Of a stretch of 64,000 nucleotides of DNA, positions 51,035-64,000 are shown in pieces. Made by a program: the position numbers and the translations under genes. The DNA is from Antedon mediterranea (lineage: Eukaryota; Animalia; Echinodermata). Under the pieces are notes generated by a model, which was not told the origin of the DNA, did no database searches, and saw nothing but the letters and a program-made list of their open reading frames with translations. Location: assembly GCF_964355755.1 (NCBI RefSeq), contig NC_092673.1, positions 24,363,648 through 24,427,647 of the forward strand. Direction: 5' to 3'. Within the stretch, counting starts at the first letter, position 1. Each line of letters begins with the position of its first letter.

Positions 51035-54000
51035 CTAACCGGTACCCATTTTATACACCTGGGTGGAGAGAGGCAAATGTAAGTAAATTGTTTGGCCTAA
51101 GAATACAAGCAATGCGACGAGAGTTGGATTCGAACCATCAGTAATCCAACATCAACACTCACTGAGCACACAATGTATTCAATACTGAATGTTTTCCCCT
51201 GCGTGTATATTATTATTAGGTATCCTTTCGCTCTATAGGTTAGGGACAAAAGACAAGTGTTCACTATAGCAACATTAAGTCGTAATTTGCAATAAAGAAT
51301 CTTTCCCTATGGTTAAACGTGCAGTATTATATACATTATGCTATATACATGCTATATACAGTAGTAACGATTTGATAAATGTCGAAGATTTATTTTTTAT
51401 CTTAAAAAAATGAAAAGTGATTTTAAAGTTGTCAATAAGATTTTATTTTTTTTTTCAATGTCGTAAGTAAGTTTATCAAGCAATTCATTTATTTTATTCA
51501 TTTCATTATTTTTTATAAACAATCAATTTATTTTTAAACAATCAATTTCTGTCCTACTTGTACAGATTTACTTGCAACAAGCATTTACAAATTTCATTAC
51601 CATTTTATATCGATTTCTTTTTAATCTATTTCTTGCATCTGTATGTTGTCTCTTTATCTTGAATTACTGTTTTTCATCCACAAGTGATATCTAAGATGTT
51701 TCTAGTGTAATTTAATATACTCTATTAAAGCCTATGCATTACTTTACATAATACTAGATATTGTCTATTGCACTTGTATATCATGAACTACAAATGCATT
51801 CTATAATTGAGAATATATTTCAGTAAAGTCAAATGTGTTTCCAAATGAAAGTGGAGTAAAGTTGAGATATCGCTATGATTTGGGAGTAGCATAAACAATT
51901 GAATTATGTCTATTTTCTCTCAATACCACCACAACTATCTAAGCCTTCTTTTCAACCAAATGAGGGTGGGTACATGTGCGACTGCCAAACTGTGACTATG
52001 ACACTTCTATTCAGAGGACACCTCTATTAAAGGGACACTTTCCTATGAAACAATTAGAAGAAATATGTTTTAATATTACATAAATATTTATTCAGGGGAT
52101 GCTATACCTCTTTTTAGAGGACACTTCATTGAGACCCGAAGCAAGGCTTTGATATGGGTTCTAGTCCAACTTATAAATTATATACCTCCCACTTTTGTTC
52201 ATACTGGTAAATATTAAAGGAAAATATAATGTAGTGTGTAAAACTAGTAAATATGAGATGATATACATATATTTTAACACTTTTACTTTATTTATATAAA
52301 TTCATATTATTTATGTATTATGATACATATTACAAGCACTTAGGTTCAAAGACACAATTTAAATGACATTAAACTGTGTTTGTGGCTTTTCACGTAAACA
52401 CATCAATACTAGAGGAAATAATTATTCATTATTTTGTAATGTGAGTGTGTATGTTAGTGATCAATACAGCATACAGTGTATTGCATTTCTTAATTAACAA
52501 ATAATATGTAATCAACATATTTATTAATTAAATTTGGGTCGGCCAGGCTTAGGCAACATGACATTTTTTAGGGCTATGGTAATAAAATTGATCATCCTAC
52601 CACCACCAAAAAAAATGTGACCCCACATTGGACCCTTAACTTTTGTTATTTACCCCTTTCTACGCACTATACTGTATTGCTAAATTTTATAAGAGTAAAG
52701 TTCATTGTACTGTTAATAACAAAATCATTAATTTTTCCAAATCTTTACACCATATGCCTACAGTCTTTAAGCTCAACACTATCAAGGTTTATCGTAAACA
52801 TTAATCATTAAATATTAATATAGTAATATAAATTTTTCAGATAAGTTTTTGATAAATTGTCAGTGTGGCAAGAATATATACATCAGTAATTATCATTTCG
52901 CAGCTTTTGCTCATAAATGTGTATTCGACACGTTTCAGCATTAACAATAACTGTATAAGCTATCCATGTTGGTTTTAGTGCAAGACTGCAAATTAACCTG
53001 TCGCCAAAGGATTACAAGATAAATGGTCATTTATTGCCATAATCATGTGTTTCCATTGTAAATTTACATTTCACAGTATGCATACTGACCAGGATATGTG
53101 TAAAAATCAAATGGCTAAAACCTTTTAAAAAGATTTTATTCTGCTATATATATGTAGAAGAATTAAAAGGTCTATTTTTGTTGATTCATTTCTAGAATCG
53201 TATATTTATTCCAATCGGTCAAACTAACTGCAGCCTCAATCCACTGGACTTTATTAGTTAAATTGAACCTTCTGATGCTGGTTACAATTTTCTCAAGTGT
53301 AAATTAACCCAGACCAATGGTTAATTTAACCAATGTCTGGCCACTAGCTTGGTCTTGGTAAAATTACAGTAACCATACTAATGTAAAAAACCCTATCTAA
53401 ATGTACTGACCTTCATCATGCAACAAAATCAGTGTTTTTAACATCATGGTTACATTTTGATTAAGTACAAACTATGATCAAATTTACCAATGACCTCGGG
53501 TAAAGTTACATTTTAATAAACCATTTTGCAAGTCCAGTGCGAACAAGGCTTTAATTTTTACGGTTAATTTTTTGTTTTTAAAAACTGTTTGAAATTATTC
53601 ATGCAGACAGTGGTAAAATTTACTGATCAATTGAATTTGAAAGTCCAGTGCGAATAAGACTTTAAAGGCCAGGTGTGGGCAAAAAATTTCTATTGATCAT
53701 ACATTCCAATAATTATCGATCTATAGTTTCCCCTATGTTTCATAATTTTTGGGATTTTATTTGTGTTGCAGGAGCTTTTTGAAAATTAGCACTTTCATAT
53801 CAGTGGGGGGATAGTTCAAATTACACAGTAAAATCTCTATTCTTCTGTACACAAATTTTGAAAAAAGAGAGGCATTTTAAAAAGCTATGAAAAATAAACG
53901 GTGTGGTAAAAAATGTTATCAGATGACTAAATATAGGTAATATAACTTGAATTTTACATTTCTGGTATTTTTATTCAACTTCAGAATTTTATTTTCATGC

Positions 54001-56118
54001 TATAGCAAAAATTATCCACCGTATATCCACCATCTTTTTTCACCTTCTAGGGAGTCACCAGACATGTTATTACATTATGGAACTACTGAAAAAAAGTCTT
54101 CCTGGTTTTTTTGGCAGAATTTTGCCAAATTTTGTATTTGACCATATTAGGGGAAATTCATGGTTTTTCATCTTGATTTCTGTTACAAATATTTGATTTA
54201 TGTACAATTAACCAGATATTATATTTAAAATTCATGCCTGTACTTGAGCTTTAAGCAATTTAGCTTGATAAAATTGCAGAGAATGTGATGTGGGTTTAAG
54301 TCCCACCTGAGAACAAATGTCTTCCACAGTCTATTTTCATATCAGGTTATGCAAATTTTCTACCATAAATTCACTAACAAGAACTCAATAGATAACCCAA
54401 TTGTTTTCATGGTACAATAATTATTTAATTATTCCCATTTCGTCATGGAAACGTTTAATAACGACGCAATAATTGATTTTGTCATTTTTAGAAATGTAAG
54501 GATGATGTCTCTACCTGAAGGAAAGTTGTATCACACACCAGAGTTAGAATATAAGGTATTTATATCAAGAAACATTTCAACTTTTATCTGCATACAGTGT
54601 CACTTAAATTCTAGGAAAAACATATTAAGTTTATTATTCTAGATTTCTCATCATTAGGGCGTTTGGTTTCTTTTTCGTAGCTACCTGCATATTGTTGACG
54701 GCATAGAAATAGACAGTTCTGTCATTATTATGTGTTTGAAATCAATGCATTTAAATTTTCCTGCTGATCCTATATCATTCTAAATTTATTTCAGTTAAGA
54801 TAATTGGATTGCTAACTCTTGAAAATCTTGTTTACCTCAGCAGTGCCAATCCCAAATTTTCTTTTTTGTTTGTTTTACATTATTGGTCAACAAAATAAAT
54901 TGAGTTATTTTATTGAAATTTGCTGCATAGAGTGGGTTTTAAATTTGTAAAATGGGATGGAAGTAAAAATATATAGTTTACAAACCAATCAAATAGGTAA
55001 AAGGTGTGTACGCACACACTTTGAGTGTATAAGAGGAGAAACCACCTCATCATATTGGTTAGGCTGAGAAATTAAAGTCTGCCAGTTGCTGCAAACTACA
55101 ATGTTCATTTTTACACTTCTGACATATATCCAGTTTAATGACACTCATGATTTGAAAACTTTGATAGTTAATTTTGATCTTTGTTTACATTATATATACA
55201 TATTATATTTGTCCTTATAAAATTCTGAGTACAGTACTTTCGAGTGTCAGGTGTCATGTTCATCTTTTTTGTATTTTATGTGTAAAGAAAAGTGCTAAAT
55301 TATAATTTAGGACTATGTAATATAATTCCATAGTAAATGTCATTTGAAATATCAATCTCAACAAACTGAGTCGAGTTGTGCATACACAAGTTCACAGGCT
55401 AGATTTTTACAAAGGTTTATTTCCTCAAAACATAGTATGAAAAGGGAATTTCAGGAAAAAGAGGAATCTTGGGCGTTGGAAAACAATGTTCTAAGCACTG
55501 CACTCTCTTTTTCTCTCACCAACAACCTTTCTCCTTCCCCTTTCTACTTTGTAGCTGTCTTGAATGAGCACCCAAGCTGTTACACATGTTTAAGATTTTG
55601 TCCATTTAATAGAGTTGTTGCCTTAATAGGGATTGGCCATAGTTTTAAAACATATATTTTCCCTTGTTTGTTTCTTATGAAAGATGTAGGTGCAACGTAA
55701 ATCTTATTTGACTAATCACAAGTGATGGATTATTCGAACTGTTGCTTGTCATTGGTAAATTCACTTGCATTACGCTTACATCCCTCTGGGAACAAAGCAT
55801 AAGCACCTAAACGGAATCTTTCGCATTTCGAGGGGTTCGGTAGATGCGATGTTAATTTCAACAGGTGTACTACATTGTACATTATAATTGTGTATGTGCT
55901 TTGTTTATACTTTCAGGGCTAACAACCCAGCCTTTTGAAACTTTTCTTGTTAATTATACCATACTCTCACAAAGCTTATTTGAAAATGGAAAGTGGCAAG
56001 GTATTTTAAACCAAACATCTCTTCTTGTTGTGTAGTTATAGCTTCATCTGACAATGTTACTCTAATATTTATATATATATATATATATACACATTGAATG
56101 ACACTCAAACTACCCTTT

Positions 56119-56353
56119 AGCTCTGTCTACACTATCAAACTACTTTTAAAAATGTGTGATATGCCCAAATATGGTAGTAATACGCTTAAATATAGTAGTG
56201 ATATGCTTAAATATGGTAGTGATATGCTTAAATATGGTAGTGATATGCTTAAATATGGTAGTGATATGCTTAAATATGATAGAGATATTACATCATCATG
56301 TCCATATATAGGCACATTTTTTTCACATAAAGTTTGATAGTGTGGATAGAGCT
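56119..56353. mobile_element. MITE family A copy with an expanded internal 21-bp tandem repeat
   Basis: agctctgtctacactatcaaact ... agtttgatagtgtggatagagct; (gatatgcttaaatatggtagt)n, about 6 copies. Confidence 0.9.
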
Positions 56354-59254
56354 TTAGTGAATGCTATAAATACATAGAACTGTGTGATGGGGAAGATGGG
56401 AAAGTATACAAGGAGGAATGGTATTTGCACTTTGACAGATTTTCTCATTTTCTATATACAATTTTTAAGCATGTTAACAGATTTTAACAGTCTTATTGTT
56501 GTTTTCATGTGTTTATGTAGTCTGGGCTCCAGACAGAGTTTTGTAAAAATATAAATATTTTTGCACATATGGCGTTTCATACGTGTATTACTTGAGTTTG
56601 GATACTCCGTCTGGGGAAACACGCATAAGTCACGTGGTTTGACACCAAGAATTCTTGGTGCATAAATTATCCAGTTGACTAGTTTCAGCCACATGCCATT
56701 GGCTACTCACTCGTACGTCGTTTTAATATTCATATTTCAGAATTTCAAAGTCTCAACGTCTAAGACGATGCGCATGCGCTATGTTACGTTTAGACAATGT
56801 GTACTTGGGTACATGAAAGTTTCTGAAGGCTAAAAATGATTTTATATGCCTAGTAGTCTGGTAAACATTTGATGAGATTTTTCCCAAGAACATGAAAACT
56901 CGTCGTGATATGATAGTCTAGTTCTCCGCCAAATCAAACATTGAATGGATCATTTATTATGCGGAGAAAATTTGATTTAATTCCCACCCAGACCCTGTCC
57001 TGTTCTGTGTGGTGGTGTAGCCTTGTTGTGTGCCGGTCGGTGGTGGTATGTACCTTATTGACGTTTTATTTGGAAGGTCATACGTACGAGTTGAGTAGCC
57101 CTACGAACCCGCCTACGAAGGAGGCCTAGGCCAGAACAATCGATCGATCTTTTTCATTTTGAAACAAAATGATCATTGGTTGATTCGAAATCCATATTTA
57201 CATACCGCCCGCCCCATATAGCCAAATACTGTATGATAACCTACGTCATTCTTATCGGATGTTTGCGGTTTGCAAATCGATTTCTATACGTGTTTGACAA
57301 GTCTGTATTTTCAGACAAAAATCGCGGTCGAAATAAAAACAAATAAATAAAAAAAAGACAATAAATACAGACTTGGGGCAAGTCTAGTGTTTATGATAAA
57401 ATATATTAGACAATTTGTGTGTACGATATTTTAGTCAGGAAGGCAATAGAAATTTCAATAAAATTGGTTGGCTATCATATGTAAATTAAAATACTCAATA
57501 TATAATTTATTGTGAAACAAAAGAGATAGAAATTTAGGCTGAATGTCCACAAATACATTCTCTAAAACCTGGCAAGGATAACAAAAGAACAACCGTAAAC
57601 ATATAAAACAAATTGAATGCTAGTGTCTTTTATGTTGTAATATAAATATCAATAGATTAGACATCATAATTATTTTAGTAAAACATTTATTTATATTTAT
57701 TCACTCATCAGTGGAAAATTATTATTTCCAATTAATGTCATTTGCATATGAAATATACACAGAAATTATGTTTGCTCTGAGATATACAAAAACAGATAAA
57801 AAAACAAAAACTATTACAATTCAATATTGTGATAGTGCCCTCTATTTTTTTCTTTGATTTTTTTATTTATTTATTTTTTTGCTGACGACCTTTGTACCAT
57901 GACTCTCTTGGGATAGTCGTGACCTAATTAATAACTGTCGTCTTTAATTAGGCTAATGATCTCTATCGATAATTTTGCGTAGATACAACAATGACTTGCG
58001 TCTGTAGTATATATTATTCAGATTATTAATTATTAAAATAATATTTCTTGAAATATTGTGACATCAAACATAGATATTCAATATGTCATCAATAAAATTA
58101 AAATTAAATCATGTTTTAATTTCTTATATTATTCTTTGACTTAAGTATGAATATACAGTACATTTTAAATCTAAATCTGGTATTTTTATTTTTGTCATTG
58201 GAAATTACTATCCAATATCAACATAAACAATATTATTTAAAAAGCAAGATTTTGAACATTTACATACATACACATACAAATCATATTTTTGCCTCAGTGA
58301 AAAGAGACTAACAAAAAACTTTAAAAACCAAAAATTTAAAATAATTTACCACAAAGTAAATTCTTTTTATATTATATACTAATTTTATTTTGTATAATGC
58401 AGGGAGAACTCCCTGTATAATGCATGGTATTATTAACAGACTGTAAAATGATAAAGGAAGATAAAAGATGGAGAAATGGAGCGTGACATATTAATTGGAT
58501 TTTCCATATGGTAAATATGTTTAGAGACCAAACCATGAATACTAATTGATAATAGTAATTATAATATACTGTCACGACACACAGCGAAAGTACACACCCA
58601 AAAAAATGAATGTTACTAAAATTTGTTGTAAATATTTCCCATATTAAATATGTTAACTTTCTTGATGTCAAAGTATAGAATTAAATTATATTAAATTATA
58701 ACAATTTTTAATGTGGATCATAAATTTCATCAAAGTACCAATATTACAACTTACGGTACGTATGGTAATTTTGTGATGTTATGATTATATATTGATGTAT
58801 CAATTTTTCAACTTAACACTTTTTAAAGACAGTTTCATGATGAATTTTGTATAACATTTGTTTACTGTTTATGACATTCCTAATTATTAATTATATTATT
58901 ATAGGTGTATTATCCTATACTGCTATATAGCAAATTTAATTCGTTTTAATACAACAATAATTCCCTTTATATTAAATGGTTCTACATAAACATAATTCAT
59001 TCAAATCCTTATTTTTATTTATTTATTCTTTCTTTTGACTGGATTTCATTTTCAGTAACGTAGTATTGCTACAAAATGTCCAGTTATAGTAAAAGAATAA
59101 AGAAAAACTATAAATATATACAGAAAAATAAAAGCATACATAGGCCGATATAGATTGTTTTATTGTAGGAGATAAACATTTTTTTACACATAATTATTAG
59201 CATTTTTTTTAATTTAAATTTATTTATTAAATTTATTTATTATTATTATTATTA

Positions 59255-59665
59255 GTGTTATTATTATTATTATTATTACTTGTATAGCGCACATTTATAC
59301 AACATTTAATTATAATCAGCGGCGCTTCACATCAATTAGTATCGTAACATTCTTTGAAATATAGTGCTTTTAAATGTTTTTTAAACTGATTATAGTTGTC
59401 TAAGTGTTTAATGTGAATTGGTAATCTGTTCCAAATTTTGGGTCCTGCTACGGCGAACGAACGGTCAGCAAATGTCTTTCGTTTAGTTCGTGGGATTGTC
59501 AGGTTATAATTGCTGGTGCTTGAACGAGTACTGCGAGAAACATTCCGCACAGTAAGAATATCTCTCAGGTAACTTGGAGCGGAACCTTTAAGCGAACGCC
59601 ATACAAGACACGCTATTTTGAATTGACATCTATGAGACATCGGAAGCCAGTGCAAGGATTTATAA
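59255..59665 (-). mobile_element. 5'-truncated L2/CR1-clade LINE (3' end of ORF2 plus tail)
   Basis: LHWLPMSHRCQFKIACLVWRSLKGSAPSYL...RSFAVAGPKIWNRLP...FKKHLK is the typical L2 ORF2 C-terminus; followed by aagcgc...gcgctatacaagt(aat)n. Confidence 0.92.
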
Positions 59666-60636
59666 CTGATAACAATACAACAAGACAAACAAAATGGTCA
59701 CTTTGCACAAAAGTGGTAACATATGTAAAAATAATGCATTTCTGCTGTTAGTAATTAATATTTTTAATAATAAAAGAGATTATAAATAGGTATAAAAACA
59801 ATATAATAAAGGTGGAAAATAAAATACAAAATACAAAAGTGAAAAAAGAATAAATTAAAAATGCACTTTAATTTAGCATCGAATTATATTTTATGGATTT
59901 TTAATGTTTGATGGATTTTTAAAATTTGATGCACAAAAACAAAAACTATGAATAAATTGTGAGCTTATCGTTCCAGATGGTTGTAAGATTTGAATTATTA
60001 TCATTAATAACAGAATCATTTTAATCAGTTTGATTATAGTACCTCCACGTTTGATTGTTGTCATTTGTTTGCTCATTTGGCATCTAATACTCGATGCGTG
60101 TCTCATCAAGCTTAATTGTGATATCCCATCTTAAGGTGGTATATGTAGTTCATTTTATTTGTCGTTAGTTAATTCACATCCTATTCTACCCACCACACAC
60201 CAACTAACGCCTTCGTAATGACAAGTCGGCATGCTTTTTTTTCTCACCTTCCAACCAATAACATTGTGTGGTTCTAACCACTTTAAGTGAAACAGGATTT
60301 CTTTACTATTAATCAATTGGAACGCTTTGAATACAAGCTGAACACTATGCATCTTATTATTTCGCTGTTTTCTGTCATGACATGAGGACAATACCTCTAG
60401 CAACAAGCATTTCCCACCAAGAATTCTTTCTGAAGGAAAATTATTCACTTTCAACTGTGAATGTTAAGCTGCTGTTGTTTACTTATGAAATTTGCTAGTG
60501 TTTACGAATGAAATAAGCTGGTTATATACAACAGTATTGTAAATAAGGATTTATTTATTCAGAGACCGGATTTGTTATTCTGCATAGAGTTCAGGGAATT
60601 GAATTTCACGTCACAAATATTGTTTAATATTTCATA

Positions 60637-63101
60637 ATGTCTAGAAAAGGTAGTAGAAAGGTAAGATTGTTGTTTAATATATTATTATAATATCATAATC
60701 TAAAATATGTTAATTGTTTTTCTCTGGCATCATAATTTCATATTTATGGTTTTAGCATGTTTATCATTATTTATATCTTTGTTATATTCTTGAACACTAA
60801 ATCTATAAATTATCCACAGCTTTTTGAGTTTTTAAAAACATTTTTCATGCTACATTTTCTACTTCCCTTTCCTAATAAAAGTAATTTCTCAGAATCTGAC
60901 ATCAAACTTTCTAAAATACAAGAAAGAAAAATGTAATGTTATGTACATTAGATCAAACAATCTATATGGTTTTTTGAGCTTTTTTACAGATATTTGATTT
61001 TATAACATCCTTAGAAATATTTAGGTTACAATAAACTAAAATTAAAGTCTTTTTTCCATTGGAAAATTAATTTTGGAAACATTTTGAACCTCACAATAAG
61101 CAAACATCATACACATATTTTTTGTTCCAATTTCATCAAAACTTTGTATGTAGGCCTACAGTATAGTGTTATGTAGACATTTTGTATTTTAAGAACATGT
61201 TATATTTGTTAGTTTCATGTTTATAATTGGTAGAAGTACTAGGTAGTTGAGTATTTAATACTAACAATATCATTTGGATCCTTTGTGGGTTGATATGATG
61301 TTTTCACCTATTGTACAGAGTGATGATTTATATTTTAATATCTCTCCATCAGATTAGGGTCACATATTTTTATATCAACTATGCTGCATTGTATAAATAC
61401 TTTTCCCAATATATTTCAACACAGTAAAATCAACAATTGTATTGAAAATTATTGAATCACCTTTAATACTAATGATTAAAATATGTACATATTATACTTG
61501 AGAAGAAATTTACATATTTTTAATGAGAAATTAAATGAGATCAAATGGCATGTTTTACAGATAAATGAAATATTGTCAGGGGATTTTTATTTCTAAATTA
61601 TTAATATTATGCTTGAAACGTGAAAAATTATTACTATATATATTGCTTAGTATCATTTGTAAATTGCTATGATGATTATATTAAATGATATATAATACAG
61701 TTTACAATTTAAAGGTACAACCATGTATTATCTTTTTGTGGAGTGATTTGCATTGTATATTCACATATCATTTCCTGCAATACTTTAAACTAAAAAGTCA
61801 CTCAAATGAAGATCAATTTTTTTAGAATTCCAGCATTTATTTCATATGCTTTTATCCGTTTCTACCTTTAATTTTGCGACACAAACAAAAACTTCTAAAA
61901 ATCAATTTTTTATTAATTTAAATTTATGATACAGGTATTACTATTACTTCGCTTTTTACATTTATATTCATCAATATACTGCTATATCTAATTTATAGAA
62001 TATTGATTTTTACAAGTAGAAAATAAAATATTTAAAGGAATATAATACTATATACAGTAGATTTTTTGTAAAATTGCGAGTCATTATACAGGTATGAGAA
62101 TGGGTTTAAGAATCAATATTGTTTAAATACAGGATAAAAAATATTAAGGGGTTTTTTAAATTCTTAAGATTATTAATTGTCCTAATGTAAAGTTTAAGAA
62201 CTTTAAAAAAGTATTCACCGATTTCTGTCTTGTCTGAAGTGTAACTGTATTTAATTATTTTGGAATTAATAAGTCTAATAAATCAGTCTCTTTCAATCTC
62301 CCTCTTCCAATAAATTTTCTAATATATTTTTCTTTTTTTGTTGAATTGTTCTGTATTTCATATATTTAATACTACGGTAATTCTAAATTTAAATAATGTT
62401 TATTCATTAAAAACAGAATAAGAAAGTTTGTCTAAAAAATAAACTGCTTATGCAATACTACTAGTAATAAGATGGCTCGATAAAATCTCAGAGGGGTTTT
62501 ACCAATCACTGACACATATTCCAGAATTGTATTAAAAAGATCTATATCGCATGCTATTTAAATGACTATTCATTAGTATATATTTTAGTGTATATTTACA
62601 TACTTATTTACGTTAGTAAAATTATACTAAATGATTCAGAAATTTCTTTAGGTGCTGAAAAAATAGTTACAGTACTTTATTAGTTAGGTTTTGACCAATC
62701 ACTGACATATTCCAGAATCATATTATAAAAGATCTATATCGCATGCTATTCAAATGAATATTCATTAGTATCATGTTTTCTCTTGTTAATAACTTTCTAT
62801 ATATTTTTTCCAGGAAGTGGTACAAAAGTTAGTTGTACGGCAAGCTTGCAGCAAAAAGGGCGATGACAGACGACGGCAAAAACAATTGGTCCAGGAATTA
62901 AGACAAGGCCTATCCGAGATACGTAGCGATGCGCAAGAATCTCTGCAGGCCATGCATCAAGATCTTCACCGCACGGAGAAAGCGTCTGACGTTGCTCCAA
63001 TAGAAGAAGACATATATGCCAGTGACACTTTGAAAGCTATGCATAAATTACTGCAAGCAAACAATAACATTGATACGTCTAAGAAAGCGGAAGAAAATTA
63101 A
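60637..63101 (+). CDS. Hypothetical ~103-aa helical protein (MSRKGSRK|EVVQKLVVRQ...KKAEEN*); exons 60637-60660 and 62814-63101
   Basis: Strong acceptor tttttttccag before a 95-codon, codon-like ORF in AT-rich DNA; upstream ATG exon with AAG|gtaaga donor in matching phase 0. The first exon is uncertain (alternative: MESGK ending at about 56000). Confidence 0.5.
62497..62770. repeat. Local direct duplication of about 80 bp (accaatcactgac...gatctatatcgcatgctatt...attcattagta)
   Basis: Copies at about 62497-62580 and 62691-62770. Confidence 0.75.
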
Positions 63102-64000
63102 TCGAAATTATAATAAAGTGCAAGGAAAGGATAAACATGAACTATAGACTATGTGAAGGATAAAGACAATGTATAAAAAGAAAGAAGAATTTATTAAACA
63201 AAGTGGCTATGCTTAAAGGCATTCAATCATTTTGATACGTTCCATCAAGAGGGTGCAATAACCATGTTTTAAAGTCAAGAACTTCAGTCGGCAGAGTCCG
63301 CACAGTACTGCTGATTGACGCATATAGCCTTATGTACTAATTATAAATATGGTTAGGCCTACCGCTCAAGTCAAACATAGCCATATTGTTTATTGAACAA
63401 CCCGAGAATAAAAAGAATACAAATTTAGACTAGTAGGTTGTACAAAAGATTGAGGTAGAGGAGAAAAAAAAGATAGGATGTTTTTAAATTTATGACATTA
63501 TCTAACATTTTTACTCTTCAATGTAAGTGGATTTTTATATTAATATTAAACGCATCTTAGGTTTATATATATTCTATGTGCAACATTTTTTGGTGAACAA
63601 TTTTTCAGAAAAATTAATTGCGCTGTATACTGTATAACAATATTTTAAAAATTGAAAATATAGAATATTAAACCCCTATTAAGATATAGTATTACTAGAT
63701 TATTTAGTAGATTTTGTTTATTGTGGTATAGTTTATATTTACATATTTATTTATGTTATTAAGATTGTAATAAATGATTCAGTAATTCCTTTAGGTGCTG
63801 AAAGAAATAGTTACAGTACTTTATTATAGTTCTATATCTACTGCACAGTTAAAGCCCCATTCCCTACGTTTTTTAGATCTAATTTAAGATCACAAACTAT
63901 ATTTAATGTAAAAATAATACTATATGGTCCTATTGCGATAACTTTTTTCGTCTTTAAACGGTTAAAAATGTGAAAAATAAGTCGATTCTAATAATTATAG

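Noticed and set aside
51766-51780. TATTGCACTTGT, matching the 5' end of miR-92
   Set aside because: Match is only 12 nt and there is no complementary arm
56098-56337. ORFs with LKYGSDM or PYLSISL repeats
   Set aside because: Translation artefact of the 21-bp repeat inside MITE family A
60155-60454. 99-aa minus-strand ORF with possible splice sites
   Set aside because: No recognisable domain and no partner exons

Overview
AT-rich eukaryotic (metazoan, probably marine invertebrate; taxon is inference) genomic DNA with spliceosomal introns, so the ORF track is mostly uninformative. I assembled three multi-exon genes by hand with consistent GT-AG phases. (1) The 3' part of a Slo2/KCNT potassium channel gene (+, 3841-18514), which includes a cluster of symmetric phase-1 cassette exons (105, 9 and 90 nt) in the RCK1-RCK2 linker. 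(2) A compact ADAMTS-type M12B zinc metalloprotease (-, 24204-30676, about 395 aa) that appears to lack both the prodomain and TSP1 repeats and ends in a hydrophobic segment. (3) A PhyH-family Fe(II)/2-oxoglutarate dioxygenase resembling L-proline trans-4-hydroxylase/ectoine hydroxylase (-, 32317-35414, 279 aa). The distal 27 kb holds only weakly supported orphan exons among many MITEs, tRNA-SINEs, an L2 LINE 3' end, foldback palindromes and minisatellites. All assignments come from reading the sequence and from remembered family motifs; no searches were run.
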